Of a stretch of DNA of 64,000 nt, positions 1 to 9,362 are shown one piece after another. The notes under the pieces were generated by a model that saw nothing but the letters and a program-made list of their open reading frames with translations, was not told the DNA's origin and did not search any database. A program made the translations under genes and the position numbers. How positions within the stretch are numbered: position 1 is the stretch's first letter; every line of letters begins with the position of its first letter. Origin of the DNA: Myxococcota bacterium (GTDB lineage Bacteria; Myxococcota_A; UBA796; GCA-2862545); assembly GCA_039208735.1 (NCBI GenBank), contig JBCCQY010000011.1:31563-95562 (forward strand). The letters are read 5' to 3'.

Positions 1-2
1 AT

Positions 3-1955
3 TACGTCCCCTCCGGTCAGCGCCAGCTCACCCTGACCCTGCCCCGTTGTGGAAACCCCAAACCCCCCCAATGGAATCCACGTCCAGTGGCCCAACCGGT
101 AGGACCGCCGCATGGGAACTCGCCGTTCGACCAGCGGCGGAGGCTGGTCAGGGCCGGCACGTTTGAGGATGTCCCCAGAACCGGGAAGGGGACGGTCGAC
201 GGGTTCGTCCAACCGATGGATCGCTCCGCCGTCTGGGGTCATCGTCGTGACCCACCAGGTCCCGTCGGGTCCCACCTCAGGCGCCTCGGCGCCCCCCACC
301 AAGGTCCGAGGGATGGCATCCCCAAGGTCCACAGGGCCCGCGGGGGCGTCGGCAGGGCCAAGGTCGTAAACCGCCAGTTCCCCTCGCCAGGCGACTTCCG
401 CCACCACGTGCCCTTCGGGGGTGAATGCCAGATGGCGGAGTTGCGGTCCGTCGAGGGACACGGGGTGCCAGCGTGGCTGGCCTTTTTGCCGGTCCCAATA
501 CATCCAACCGTAGCCGCGGCCCCGGTTCTCGAGCCAGACCAGCCCTTGGCCGTTCGGGGTCACGCGCGGATGGTCTACCTGGGGGGTCAGCCCGGGCTCG
601 GAAACGGGGGTGAGGTCGCCCGTCGCCAAGTCGACCTCCACGATTTGGGTCTCGCCCCAACGCTGGCGCACGGCGACGGCCCAGGTTCCGGAGGGGGCGG
701 GATCGGCCGACCGGACATCGGCCCTTCGGGTCACCCGGCGCTCCGTTTCCTCATCCACATTCCAAAGGTAAAGGTCGGACCGGAAACGGCCTTTGCGATC
801 GGGAACCCGAGATTCGAACAAAATCGTCGAGTCGTCCACGAAACGCGGGTTGCGCGCGACCCGGCGGCGATGAACCCGGACCCGGTCGATGGCGTGAGGA
901 ACGTACGGGGGCGGAATCGCCGCGACGTCTTCCGGATCTGCCCGGAGTTGACGTTCGATCGCAGCTTGTCGCTCGGACTCGAAGTCCTCGGGCGGCATTG
1001 CGGAAAACACCACCAGGGAAGACCGGCCATTCCGCGAAAAGACCGGCACCGCGATGCGTTCTCCATCGGGGCTCACCGAGAGATGACCCAGGCCCGCTGG
1101 ACGTTCGAAGACCCGATTTGAGCGATCGGGCCAGGGCGTTGGCCACGCTTCGGCCATGACTTCCGCGACGAACCGACCGTACGCCACTTGGGGCGACTCG
1201 CCGAAGAGGCCCGCGAATGCGGATTTGAAGCTTCGATCCTGCCTAGCAGTAAGCCGGGCCCACAGGTCCCGGAGCGCGCCCTGGTGATGCTGAGCTTCGA
1301 TCCAGTCGAGGAAGGCGGCCCCTACGAGGTACGCAAAACCTCCACCGCGATGACGGTTCGCGCCAGAAAGTTCGCCATAGACGGGAAATCGCCCCGTACG
1401 CGCGAGCAGGCGCAGCCAGACGAGCGACGCATCATCATTGGGGCGGCCGGCCCCGGTAAGTCGGCCTTCCACCACGGTGGCGTAGCCTTCGACCACCCAG
1501 CGGGGGATCTTCGTGGGGACGGGTCCCCAGCCCGTCGTGCGCTGAAGGAATCGCCGAAGACCATTTCGGGACTCCAACGTCAGGTGCACGATGTGGGTGT
1601 CTTCGTGCACGACCAGATTCTCGACCCAGTCCCGCTGATGGCCAATCACCGAGTCGGCGGGCGGCGGACTCGTGAACAGCCGCATTCTTGGTCCGCGACT
1701 GTCGGGAAGGGCTTGGCCGTTGGACGCCGCGAACGGATCCACAATGAGCACGTCCACCGGATGGTCTGGCACCACCCCGACCTCGGCGGCCACACGTTCG
1801 CGCATGGCCTCGATGCGTTCACCCACATCCGTGGCATAGGCCTTGGCCGCTCGCGGGTAGTGGATGCGGAAGTGAGGGGTTTGGAGGGTTCGCCAGCGAC
1901 CGGGAGCCACCGGTTGGGCGAGGGCACCAAGAATGACGAAAAGGGCAATGAGCAT
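3..1955 (-). CDS. Secreted zinc metallopeptidase (MA-clan/gluzincin-like) with TolB/PD40-like beta-propeller; 3' end runs off the window
   Basis: Not in the ORF track because it has no stop in the window. Manual translation from ATG 1955 gives a signal peptide (MLIALFVILGALAQ), then WRTLQTPHFRIHYP, HEDTH (HExxH) and PRWVVEGYAT (third Zn ligand), followed by propeller motifs SVSPDGERIA, DLYLWNV and HPRVTPNGQGL. Confidence 0.8.
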   Translation of the reverse strand, partial: MLIALFVILGALAQPVAPGRWRTLQTPHFRIHYPRAAKAYATDVGERIEAMRERVAAEVGVVPDHPVDVLIVDPFAASNGQALPDSRGPRMRLFTSPPPADSVIGHQRDWVENLVVHEDTHIVHLTLESRNGLRRFLQRTTGWGPVPTKIPRWVVEGYATVVEGRLTGAGRPNDDASLVWLRLLARTGRFPVYGELSGANRHRGGGFAYLVGAAFLDWIEAQHHQGALRDLWARLTARQDRSFKSAFAGLFGESPQVAYGRFVAEVMAEAWPTPWPDRSNRVFERPAGLGHLSVSPDGERIAVPVFSRNGRSSLVVFSAMPPEDFESERQAAIERQLRADPEDVAAIPPPYVPHAIDRVRVHRRRVARNPRFVDDSTILFESRVPDRKGRFRSDLYLWNVDEETERRVTRRADVRSADPAPSGTWAVAVRQRWGETQIVEVDLATGDLTPVSEPGLTPQVDHPRVTPNGQGLVWLENRGRGYGWMYWDRQKGQPRWHPVSLDGPQLRHLAFTPEGHVVAEVAWRGELAVYDLGPADAPAGPVDLGDAIPRTLVGGAEAPEVGPDGTWWVTTMTPDGGAIHRLDEPVDRPLPGSGDILKRAGPDQPPPLVERRVPMRRSYRLGHWTWIPLGGFGVSTTGQGQGELALTGGDV

Positions 1956-1979
1956 GGCCCTGGCTGTATTGCGGACGGC

Positions 1980-3344
1980 CTACGACGGCCGACGGCGCTG
2001 CACCATGAGGGCAAAGGAACGGCCCGCGAGGTCGTCGGCATCCAGGCCCGACGGGGCGAGTTCCTCGAGGCTCAACGCCCCCGCGTCCACCATGCGGAGC
2101 ACCTTGGTGAGCAGCTCCTGTCCACGCCACAGCAAGTCAGGCCGGGCTTCGGCCCCTGCGAGGCACCGCAGCAGGGTTTCGGCCATTCCGTCTGTCACCT
2201 CGGGCCAGGTGCTTCGAGCGTAGGCAAAGTAGGCGGCCCATCGAGCCGGGAGCTGCCGCGGGTCATCGTCGGTGCCCCACGAGACGCCTTGCTTCAGCAG
2301 TGCGTGGACGCGATCGGCGCCCCGGCGCCAGACCTCATGGACCTCCGCGAACCGTTCCGCCCGTTCCGCGGGGCTGACCGCTTCCGGATCGAGGTCTCGG
2401 AGGTTCGGCGACCGGCCCGCGGACAGCTGAATGGAGGTTTCCGAAACTTGGGCCCGCGCGGTGGCGAGGACCAAGTCCGCAACCGCGGTGCCGTGGGTCT
2501 GGCGAAGGCTCTCGAGGTCGACGCGAACCGACCGAAGACGGCCTCGACTTACCGATGTCGACAGCGGATAACGGGCGTTCGCGAGGACCGCGGCGGGCCG
2601 GGTGATGTGCCACTCGAGGCCCACCGTTCCAAGTGGCCAGCCCACCGAGCGCTCGAGATGGTCCAGCAATGGGGTCAAGGCTCCGATGACGCGATCGCTT
2701 AGATCGTCGACGGTCAGCTGGAGCGCGGGGAAAGGCGTCTGGTGGTGGTCGCGCCAGTCGCGGAACATCGTGACCAGCCGTTCGACGGTACGTGGGGCAT
2801 CGGTTGCCGCCAGTGAACCAAGCTCCAGCGTGATCTGGTCCGGCAGGTTGCGCTGCTCCGCGTCGATGGCGAACGCCCGGGCGATCGCGACGGCGATGTC
2901 GGGTCCTGAGGCGGCGGCCGCGGCGCTTGTGAGCTGGACGCGCAGGTCCTGGATCGACCGCGACGCGAGGCGTTCGGTGACTCGTCGGTAGACCTCATGG
3001 GCGAGTTTTGCCTCCGGCCATTGCGCTTCCGTGGCCGCATCGCGGCGCTCCAGTCCAGAGAGGATCTCGTCGACGCGCTTCGGGTCGGTGGGAAGGACTT
3101 CCCAGCCCGGCAAGCGCAAGGCGCGCCACAACTCCACACAGTCGGGCGCAAAGGTCTGCATCGCCAACATCGCGGAGCGATTTGCCCGGCTCATGAAGTC
3201 GGGCTGCAGATCGGTTCCATTGACCACAAAGGATTCGACCCACAGCGGCTTGGGGGCTGCAGGAGGGTCATGGGAGCGTGCGGTCCTCTGAGTGAGGACT
3301 TCCAGCGCCGCAGACAGAACATCCGGATCGAGACGGTTGGCCAT
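1980..3344 (-). CDS. Divergent DUF6986-like (aldolase/citrate lyase-like fold) protein
   Basis: Segments 'EVYRRVTERLASRSIQDLRV', 'PRQLPARWAAYFAY' and 'DAGALSLEEL' resemble, from memory, the DUF6986 family. Several core motifs are eroded. Confidence 0.5.
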   Translation of the reverse strand: MANRLDPDVLSAALEVLTQRTARSHDPPAAPKPLWVESFVVNGTDLQPDFMSRANRSAMLAMQTFAPDCVELWRALRLPGWEVLPTDPKRVDEILSGLERRDAATEAQWPEAKLAHEVYRRVTERLASRSIQDLRVQLTSAAAAASGPDIAVAIARAFAIDAEQRNLPDQITLELGSLAATDAPRTVERLVTMFRDWRDHHQTPFPALQLTVDDLSDRVIGALTPLLDHLERSVGWPLGTVGLEWHITRPAAVLANARYPLSTSVSRGRLRSVRVDLESLRQTHGTAVADLVLATARAQVSETSIQLSAGRSPNLRDLDPEAVSPAERAERFAEVHEVWRRGADRVHALLKQGVSWGTDDDPRQLPARWAAYFAYARSTWPEVTDGMAETLLRCLAGAEARPDLLWRGQELLTKVLRMVDAGALSLEELAPSGLDADDLAGRSFALMVQRRRPS

Positions 3345-3391
3345 GCCGAAGAATCCCGACCGCGCAGCGCGGTGTCAAGCTACGTGCGGGC

Positions 3392-4636
3392 ATGCACACA
3401 CTGGCTCACGATACGGCGCTGGTCCTGGTGATGGTGGGGTTACCGGCTCGCGGCAAGACCTTCATGGCGCGAAAGATTGCGCGGTACCTCAATTGGCTCG
3501 GCGTGACGTCGCGAGTGTTCAATGTTGGCAATTATCGCCGACATTACTTGGGCTCGGCCCAGCCCGCGACGTTCTTCGACCCTAAGAATCCAGAAGGATT
3601 CGACAAACGCCGGCAAATGGCGATGGCAGCCCTCGACGATCTCCTCACCTGGCTCAAAGACCAGGCGGGTCGTGCGGTGGCGATCTACGACGCGACCAAC
3701 GTGACCCGACAACGCCGCCAGTGGCTTCGCCAGCAGCTGGCCAACCATGGCATTGAACCTGTTTTTGTGGAGTCGATGAGTTCTGACCGAGGGCTCATTG
3801 AACACAACATTCGGCAAACCAAGTTGTCGATGCCGGACTATGCCAACGTCGAGCCCGAGGAGGCGGTGCGCGACTTTCGTGAGCGTATTGCCCACTACCA
3901 AAGTGCGTATGAGCCGGTCGACGTCGACGAGGGACCGCATGTCAAGGTCATCGACGTGGGCGAGCGCGTGAACCTGCATCGCATTCACGGCAGCTTGCTC
4001 TCCCGGATCGTGTTTTTCCTGATGAACCTGCACATCGTTCCTCGACCGGTGTTTCTCACCCGGCATGGAGAGTCCGATTTCAACGTGCAGGGTCGACTTG
4101 GCGGTGACCCTGATCTGACGGCGCGAGGTCGTTCGTTTGCGCGCGACCTGGCCCAGTTTTTTACGCAGCGACTCGCCGAACCCCCCATCGTGTTCACGAG
4201 TACGTTGAAGCGGGCACGGCAGACCGCAGAGGCGCTGCCGTTCGAGGTCAACTCCATCAAGAACCTCGATGAGATCGATGCGGGGGTCTGCGATGGGTGG
4301 ACCTACGCCGACATGATGGAACGTTTGCCTGAAGAATATGCCTCGCGCCAGGCCGATAAGCTCCGCTATCGGTATCCTCGGGGCGAGTCCTACGAAGATG
4401 TCATCCAACGGCTCGATCCGGTCATCATCGAGGTTGAACGGCAGCGTTCACCGGTCATCATTGTGGCTCACCAGGCGGTGATTCGGTGTCTGTACGGCTA
4501 CCTGACCGACCAAGCGCTCGAAACGTCGCCGCACCTCGCCGTGCCGCTGCACACGGTGACCGAACTTGTGCCCCGTGCTTACGGGGCTGGAGAGAGCCGG
4601 ACAAGCTTCATTGTACCGGACAGACCGTTGGGTTGA
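3392..4636 (+). CDS. Bifunctional 6-phosphofructo-2-kinase/fructose-2,6-bisphosphatase (eukaryote-type)
   Basis: Kinase domain: MVGLPARGKT P-loop, FNVGNYRR, YDATN, MPDY and DFRERI. Histidine phosphatase domain: RHGES, LDEIDAG, DKLRYRYPRGESYEDV and HQAVIRC. Confidence 0.93.
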   Translation: MHTLAHDTALVLVMVGLPARGKTFMARKIARYLNWLGVTSRVFNVGNYRRHYLGSAQPATFFDPKNPEGFDKRRQMAMAALDDLLTWLKDQAGRAVAIYDATNVTRQRRQWLRQQLANHGIEPVFVESMSSDRGLIEHNIRQTKLSMPDYANVEPEEAVRDFRERIAHYQSAYEPVDVDEGPHVKVIDVGERVNLHRIHGSLLSRIVFFLMNLHIVPRPVFLTRHGESDFNVQGRLGGDPDLTARGRSFARDLAQFFTQRLAEPPIVFTSTLKRARQTAEALPFEVNSIKNLDEIDAGVCDGWTYADMMERLPEEYASRQADKLRYRYPRGESYEDVIQRLDPVIIEVERQRSPVIIVAHQAVIRCLYGYLTDQALETSPHLAVPLHTVTELVPRAYGAGESRTSFIVPDRPLG

Positions 4637-5300
4637 AGCTCACGCACTCGCGCGTTTCATGCGCATTGGCCCAGGTTGTCGCAGCTTCGGTGCCCTGAAA
4701 GGTGATGCGGCACTTCTCGTTGGGCGGCACCCCTTGGACGGTGGCCGCCATCTTTCCAGGACCTTCGGGGAAGAATCGGCCCCGGCGTTGGAATCCGCTC
4801 GATGGGCAGTCCACCTCGATCGACACAAAGCCCCGATCTGAGGAGCTGAAGATCTTGATGGGACCTGGCTTGGGGGCCACGGGGCCGGCGTCCGGAACCG
4901 GATCCGGCTCGTTGTCGACGATGTCTCCGCCGTAGCCAGCATCCGCGATGTGGCGAGGATTGCTCGGCGTGAGAATCGGCTTGGGACCTTCGGGTTCGTA
5001 GCCTTCAAGCAGGACGAGGGCGATGAGGAGCGCCGTGGTCACGCCGGTGACGAGCCCTGTGCCCAGGACAAGCCAGGGGGCGCGTCCCGCAGGCCGGCGA
5101 TCCGGAGCGCCGGAGAGCGTGGAGGGGTCCGCCTGATGGGGCGTGAACGGGGCTCGTGGGTCGACGGGCGGGGATGCCGAGGGGGACCTTGCTGGCGTGG
5201 ATGAAGCGGGCTTTGCAGCCGGGTCGGGCTTGCGGGACAAGCGTCTTCCCGGGGCCCCCTTGGGTCCGAACTCGTCGTCGTTGCTGGGCCGCCGTGCCAT
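4608..5300 (-). CDS. Single-pass membrane protein with Pro-rich N-terminus and Cys-containing C-terminal domain
   Basis: 230 aa ORF with one hydrophobic helix (WLVLGTGLVTGVTTALLIALVLL) and four C-terminal Cys. It follows the SDR gene on the same strand. Confidence 0.6.
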   Translation of the reverse strand: MARRPSNDDEFGPKGAPGRRLSRKPDPAAKPASSTPARSPSASPPVDPRAPFTPHQADPSTLSGAPDRRPAGRAPWLVLGTGLVTGVTTALLIALVLLEGYEPEGPKPILTPSNPRHIADAGYGGDIVDNEPDPVPDAGPVAPKPGPIKIFSSSDRGFVSIEVDCPSSGFQRRGRFFPEGPGKMAATVQGVPPNEKCRITFQGTEAATTWANAHETRECVSFNPTVCPVQ

Positions 5301-5322
5301 GCCGCCTCCCCGCCGCAGGAAC

Positions 5323-6147
5323 TTACACGAAGAAGTCAGGCGTCAAGGGAGTGCCTGGCGATACCGCGTACTTGTCCAAGTCGGTTTCGCCCGCCTTGAG
5401 GAGCACCTCTTCGTCGATGAAGAAGTTGCCGGTGACGGCAACGTCTTGGGTGAGGATCCAGTGGGCGGCATCGGCCATGCATTCGGGGGTTCGGCTGCTG
5501 TTCATCAGTGCGTCCCCACCCAGCATGTTGACCGCCGCGGTGGCGATGGTCGTCTTGGGCCAAAGGGCATTCACCGCAATCTTATTGCGGAATTCGCCAG
5601 CCATGCCGAGTACGCACATGCTCATGCCGAACTTGCTCATGGTGTAGGCCACATGGGGGGCAAACCAGCGCTCCTCCATGTTCAACGGCGGCGAGAGATT
5701 CAGGATCTTCGCGTGGTCGGATTTCAGAAGGTGGGGCAAACAGGCCTGCGACGTGGCGAAGGTACCTCGGACATTGACCCCAAACATAAGGTCAAACCGC
5801 TTCATTGCCGTGTCAGCCGTGCTGGTGAGCTGAATCGCGGACGCATTGTTGACGCAGATGTCCAGTCCGCCGAAGCGGTCAACGGCCTCTTGGACGGCTT
5901 GCGCGATGCGATCGGGGTCGCGCACATCCACCACCAAAGGCAACGCCTGCCCGCCAGCCGCTTCGATGGCCTCGGCGGCGGTGTAGATGGTGCCTTCCAA
6001 CTTGGGGTGAGGCGTGGCTGTCTTTGCGGCGATCACGACGTTTGCACCGTCCTTTGCGGCTCGCACAGCGATCGCCTTGCCGATCCCACGGCTCGCCCCG
6101 GTGATGAACAAGGTCTTCCCCTTGAGGCTCGTGACTTCTCCGCTCAC
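5323..6147 (-). CDS. Short-chain dehydrogenase, HSDL2-like
   Basis: TGASRGIG, AAKTATPHPKLEGTIYTAA, NNAS, YTMSK and VNALWP motifs. Likely GTG start at 6147. Confidence 0.9.
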   Translation of the reverse strand: MSGEVTSLKGKTLFITGASRGIGKAIAVRAAKDGANVVIAAKTATPHPKLEGTIYTAAEAIEAAGGQALPLVVDVRDPDRIAQAVQEAVDRFGGLDICVNNASAIQLTSTADTAMKRFDLMFGVNVRGTFATSQACLPHLLKSDHAKILNLSPPLNMEERWFAPHVAYTMSKFGMSMCVLGMAGEFRNKIAVNALWPKTTIATAAVNMLGGDALMNSSRTPECMADAAHWILTQDVAVTGNFFIDEEVLLKAGETDLDKYAVSPGTPLTPDFFV

Positions 6148-6241
6148 TGGCGCTCCCGTGTGATGCTGGACTCCGAAGCGTACCCCGTCGACGGGGTTAG
6201 AGGGCCGGATGCCGAGCATCGGCTCGGGCCACGGAGCGAAA

Positions 6242-7897
6242 ATGGCGAGTCAAACCCGCGTCCAACACATCCAATCCTTCCATCGGCACCCCGATTCGTA
6301 CAAGCATTGGTCGCTCGAGGTCGACGGCGCCACCGCCACATTGGCCCTCGACGTGAAGGAAGATCAGGGCTTGCGTCCTGACGACTACGTTCTCAAGCAG
6401 AACAGCTACGACCTCGGGGTCGACATGGAGCTGGCCGATGCCATCGAACGGCTTCGGTTCGAGCACCCCCAGGTGCGCACGGTCATCATCACGTCCTCAC
6501 AGCCCAAGGTCTTTTGCGCCGGCGCGAACATTCGCATGCTCGCCACGTCGACCCATGGGTTCAAGGTCAACTTCTGCCGCTACACCAACGAAACGCGATG
6601 CGGCCTCGAAGATGCCTCTGCGAATTCCGGATTGCGGAGCATTGCAGCCCTCAACGGAACGGCTGCAGGGGGCGGCTACGAGTTGGCACTGGCCTGCGAC
6701 GAGATCTTCCTCATCGATGACGGCTCCTCCGCCGTGAGCCTGCCCGAAGTGCCCCTGCTGGGCGTTCTTCCCGGCACCGGCGGACTGACCCGCCTCGTTG
6801 ACAAGCGCCGCGTGCGCCGTGACGTGGCCGATCTCTTCTGCACCAAGGCGGAAGGGTTCCGGGCTCGAGATGCCGTGCGGTTCCAGCTCGTCGATGGTGC
6901 GTTCCCCCGCTCCAAGTGGGAAGATGGCATCGCAGGCGAGGCGGCGAAGACCCAAGGATCCGACGACACGATCAAGGGCATTCAACTCACCGAAGTGAAG
7001 AGCGAAGTCTCGGAAGACGGCCACACGCGTACCTATGGGTCCGTGTCATTGACCCTCGACGAGACCCTGCGCACGGCAACCATCACGGTGCGTGCTCCGG
7101 AAGGGCCGGCTCCTTCGATCGAGGACCTGCACGCCCAGGGCGATCAGGCCTGGGTCTTCCGCGCCTACCGCGAACTCGACGACGTGCTGCTGCGGCTGCG
7201 GTTCAACCACGACACCGTAGGCACCATCCTGTTGCGGACCGAAGGTGATGCTGACGCCGTCGTGGCCCATGACGCCACCGTGCTTGACCACCCAGACGAT
7301 TGGTTGGCCCGTGAAATCCGGCTCTTCCAGGCTCGTGTCTTCCGCCGCCTCGACAACACGGCCCGTTCGATGTTCGCCCTTATCGACGAGGGAAGTTGCT
7401 TTGCGGGGTCGCTGTTCGAAATCACGCTGGCGGCTGACCGTTCTTACATGCTCGATGATGAAGACGGAGCCGTGACCATTCGCGTGACGCAAGCGTCTGC
7501 CGGCGCCTACCCGATGTCGACTGGTCTTACGCGATTGCAGGCCCGGTACCAAAACGATGAGGCGTTGGTGAACCGGGCTCTCACGACGGACGGCCCGCTC
7601 GACGCACAGACCGCTCTCGATTTGGGGCTGGTCACGTTGGCGCCTGACGACATTGACTGGGAAGACGAGATCCGCATCGCGGTGGAGGAGCGCGTCAGCC
7701 TTTCGCCCGATGCGTTGACGGGGATGGAGCAGAACTTGCGTTTCGTGGGTCGAGAGACCTGCGACTCGAAGATCTTCGGCCGGCTGTCCGCATGGCAGAA
7801 TTGGATCTTCCAGCGCCCCAACGCGGTTGGTGACGAAGGAGCGCTTACGTTGTACGGCCATCCGACGCGGCCGTCCTTCGACTGGCGACGGACCTGA
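6242..7897 (+). CDS. boxC: 2,3-epoxybenzoyl-CoA dihydrolase
   Basis: Tandem crotonase domains with NSYDLGVDMELADA, KVNFCRYTNETR, LPEVPLLGVLPGTGG and IFGRLSAWQNWIFQRPNAVG. It lies immediately upstream of boxB. Confidence 0.93.
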   Translation: MASQTRVQHIQSFHRHPDSYKHWSLEVDGATATLALDVKEDQGLRPDDYVLKQNSYDLGVDMELADAIERLRFEHPQVRTVIITSSQPKVFCAGANIRMLATSTHGFKVNFCRYTNETRCGLEDASANSGLRSIAALNGTAAGGGYELALACDEIFLIDDGSSAVSLPEVPLLGVLPGTGGLTRLVDKRRVRRDVADLFCTKAEGFRARDAVRFQLVDGAFPRSKWEDGIAGEAAKTQGSDDTIKGIQLTEVKSEVSEDGHTRTYGSVSLTLDETLRTATITVRAPEGPAPSIEDLHAQGDQAWVFRAYRELDDVLLRLRFNHDTVGTILLRTEGDADAVVAHDATVLDHPDDWLAREIRLFQARVFRRLDNTARSMFALIDEGSCFAGSLFEITLAADRSYMLDDEDGAVTIRVTQASAGAYPMSTGLTRLQARYQNDEALVNRALTTDGPLDAQTALDLGLVTLAPDDIDWEDEIRIAVEERVSLSPDALTGMEQNLRFVGRETCDSKIFGRLSAWQNWIFQRPNAVGDEGALTLYGHPTRPSFDWRRT

Positions 7898-7946
7898 CAG
7901 GGGCGATGTCGGTCATGTTACCCTGCCCACTTGCAGGAGACGATTC

Positions 7947-9362
7947 ATGGCCGGCATCGACTATAATGAACGGATTCCGAACAACGTTGGGCTGTCGGAC
8001 AACCGGCGTCTACAGCGGGCACTCGAGAAGTGGCAACCGGCGTACCTCGACTGGTGGCGCCAAATGGGGCCCGAGGGCTGGCAGGAAAAGGACGTTTACC
8101 TGCGTACGGCGGTGAGCGTTGACAAGGGTGGTTGGGCCCATTTCGACTACGTTCAGATGCCCGACTACCGCTGGGGCATTTTCCTCGCCGACGCCGAGCC
8201 CGACCGGACGATCGGATTTGGCGACCACGCGGGACAGCCTGCGTGGCAGGAAGTGCCCGGCGAGTACCGCAACATGCTGCGCCGCATCATCGTCACCCAA
8301 GGCGACACAGAGCCTGCGAGTGTCGAGCAGCAGCGTATTCTCGGGGCCACGGCACCGTCGTTGTACGACCTGCGCAATCTGTTTCAGGTCAACGTGGAGG
8401 AAGGCCGTCACCTGTGGGCCATGGTCTACCTGTTGCACGGCTTCTTTGGCCGTGATGGCCGCGATGAGGCCGAAGAGTTGTTGGCCCGTCGCGCTGGAGA
8501 TGCGGACAAGCCCCGCATCCTCGATGCCTTCAATCAGGAATGTCCCGACTGGTTGACCTTCTTCTGTTTCACCACGTTCACCGACCGTGACGGGAAGTTC
8601 CAGCTCGGTGCCCTGGCAGAGTCCGCGTTCGACCCGCTGTCACGCACGTGCCGCTTCATGCTTACCGAAGAGGCCCATCACCTCTTTGTCGGTCAGACCG
8701 GCGTAGAGCGGGTGCTTCGGCGGGCGGTGCAGCTCGCCAAGGAAAACCCAGGGGTGTCGGTTCGTGATCAGGGCGGCATCCCACTCGAGATCGTCCAGAA
8801 GTTCGTGAACTTCTGGTTCAGCTACAGCCTCGATCTGTTTGGCTCGGAGATCTCTTCAAATGCGGCTGACTTCTTCGCGAGTGGGCTCAAGGGGCGTTGG
8901 CGCGAGAATCAGTACGAAGACCACCTCGTGACCGAGGGACACTACACGATGTCCCAGCTCGAAGGCGGCAAGCTCATCGACGTCGATGTGCCCATGCGGA
9001 ACGCGATGAACGAGGTCCTGCGGGACGAGTATGTGAAGGACTGCGAGAAGGTCCTCGAAAAGTGGAATCGCGCGCTGGTGGCCGAAGGGGAGACCGACTT
9101 CGAAATCACGCTGCCATCGGTTCGTTTCCATCGCCGACAGGGCATCTATGCAGACGCACACTTCGATACCGCGGGCAACCCCATCTCGGCCGAAGCGTTT
9201 GAAGCGAAGCGCGCGTCCTGGCTTCCCACGGACGAAGAACGGGACTACGTCCGTTCGCTGATGGCGCCCTGCTACGAGACGGGAAAGATGGCGAACTGGA
9301 TCGCGGCGCCGCGCAAGGGCATCAACGGGCAGGAACTCAGCTACGAGTACGTCCGGCTCTAA
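7947..9362 (+). CDS. boxB: Benzoyl-CoA 2,3-epoxidase diiron subunit
   Basis: IPNNV, QGDTEPASVEQQ, EEGRHLWAM, TDRDGKFQL and EEAHH (diiron ligands). RBS AGGAG before ATG 7947. Confidence 0.95.
   Translation: MAGIDYNERIPNNVGLSDNRRLQRALEKWQPAYLDWWRQMGPEGWQEKDVYLRTAVSVDKGGWAHFDYVQMPDYRWGIFLADAEPDRTIGFGDHAGQPAWQEVPGEYRNMLRRIIVTQGDTEPASVEQQRILGATAPSLYDLRNLFQVNVEEGRHLWAMVYLLHGFFGRDGRDEAEELLARRAGDADKPRILDAFNQECPDWLTFFCFTTFTDRDGKFQLGALAESAFDPLSRTCRFMLTEEAHHLFVGQTGVERVLRRAVQLAKENPGVSVRDQGGIPLEIVQKFVNFWFSYSLDLFGSEISSNAADFFASGLKGRWRENQYEDHLVTEGHYTMSQLEGGKLIDVDVPMRNAMNEVLRDEYVKDCEKVLEKWNRALVAEGETDFEITLPSVRFHRRQGIYADAHFDTAGNPISAEAFEAKRASWLPTDEERDYVRSLMAPCYETGKMANWIAAPRKGINGQELSYEYVRL

Noticed and set aside
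87..2702. Long + strand ORFs 87..1121 and 1188..2702
   Set aside because: They are antisense shadows of the minus-strand peptidase and DUF6986-like genes and contain no recognisable motifs. Long shadow ORFs are expected at this GC content.
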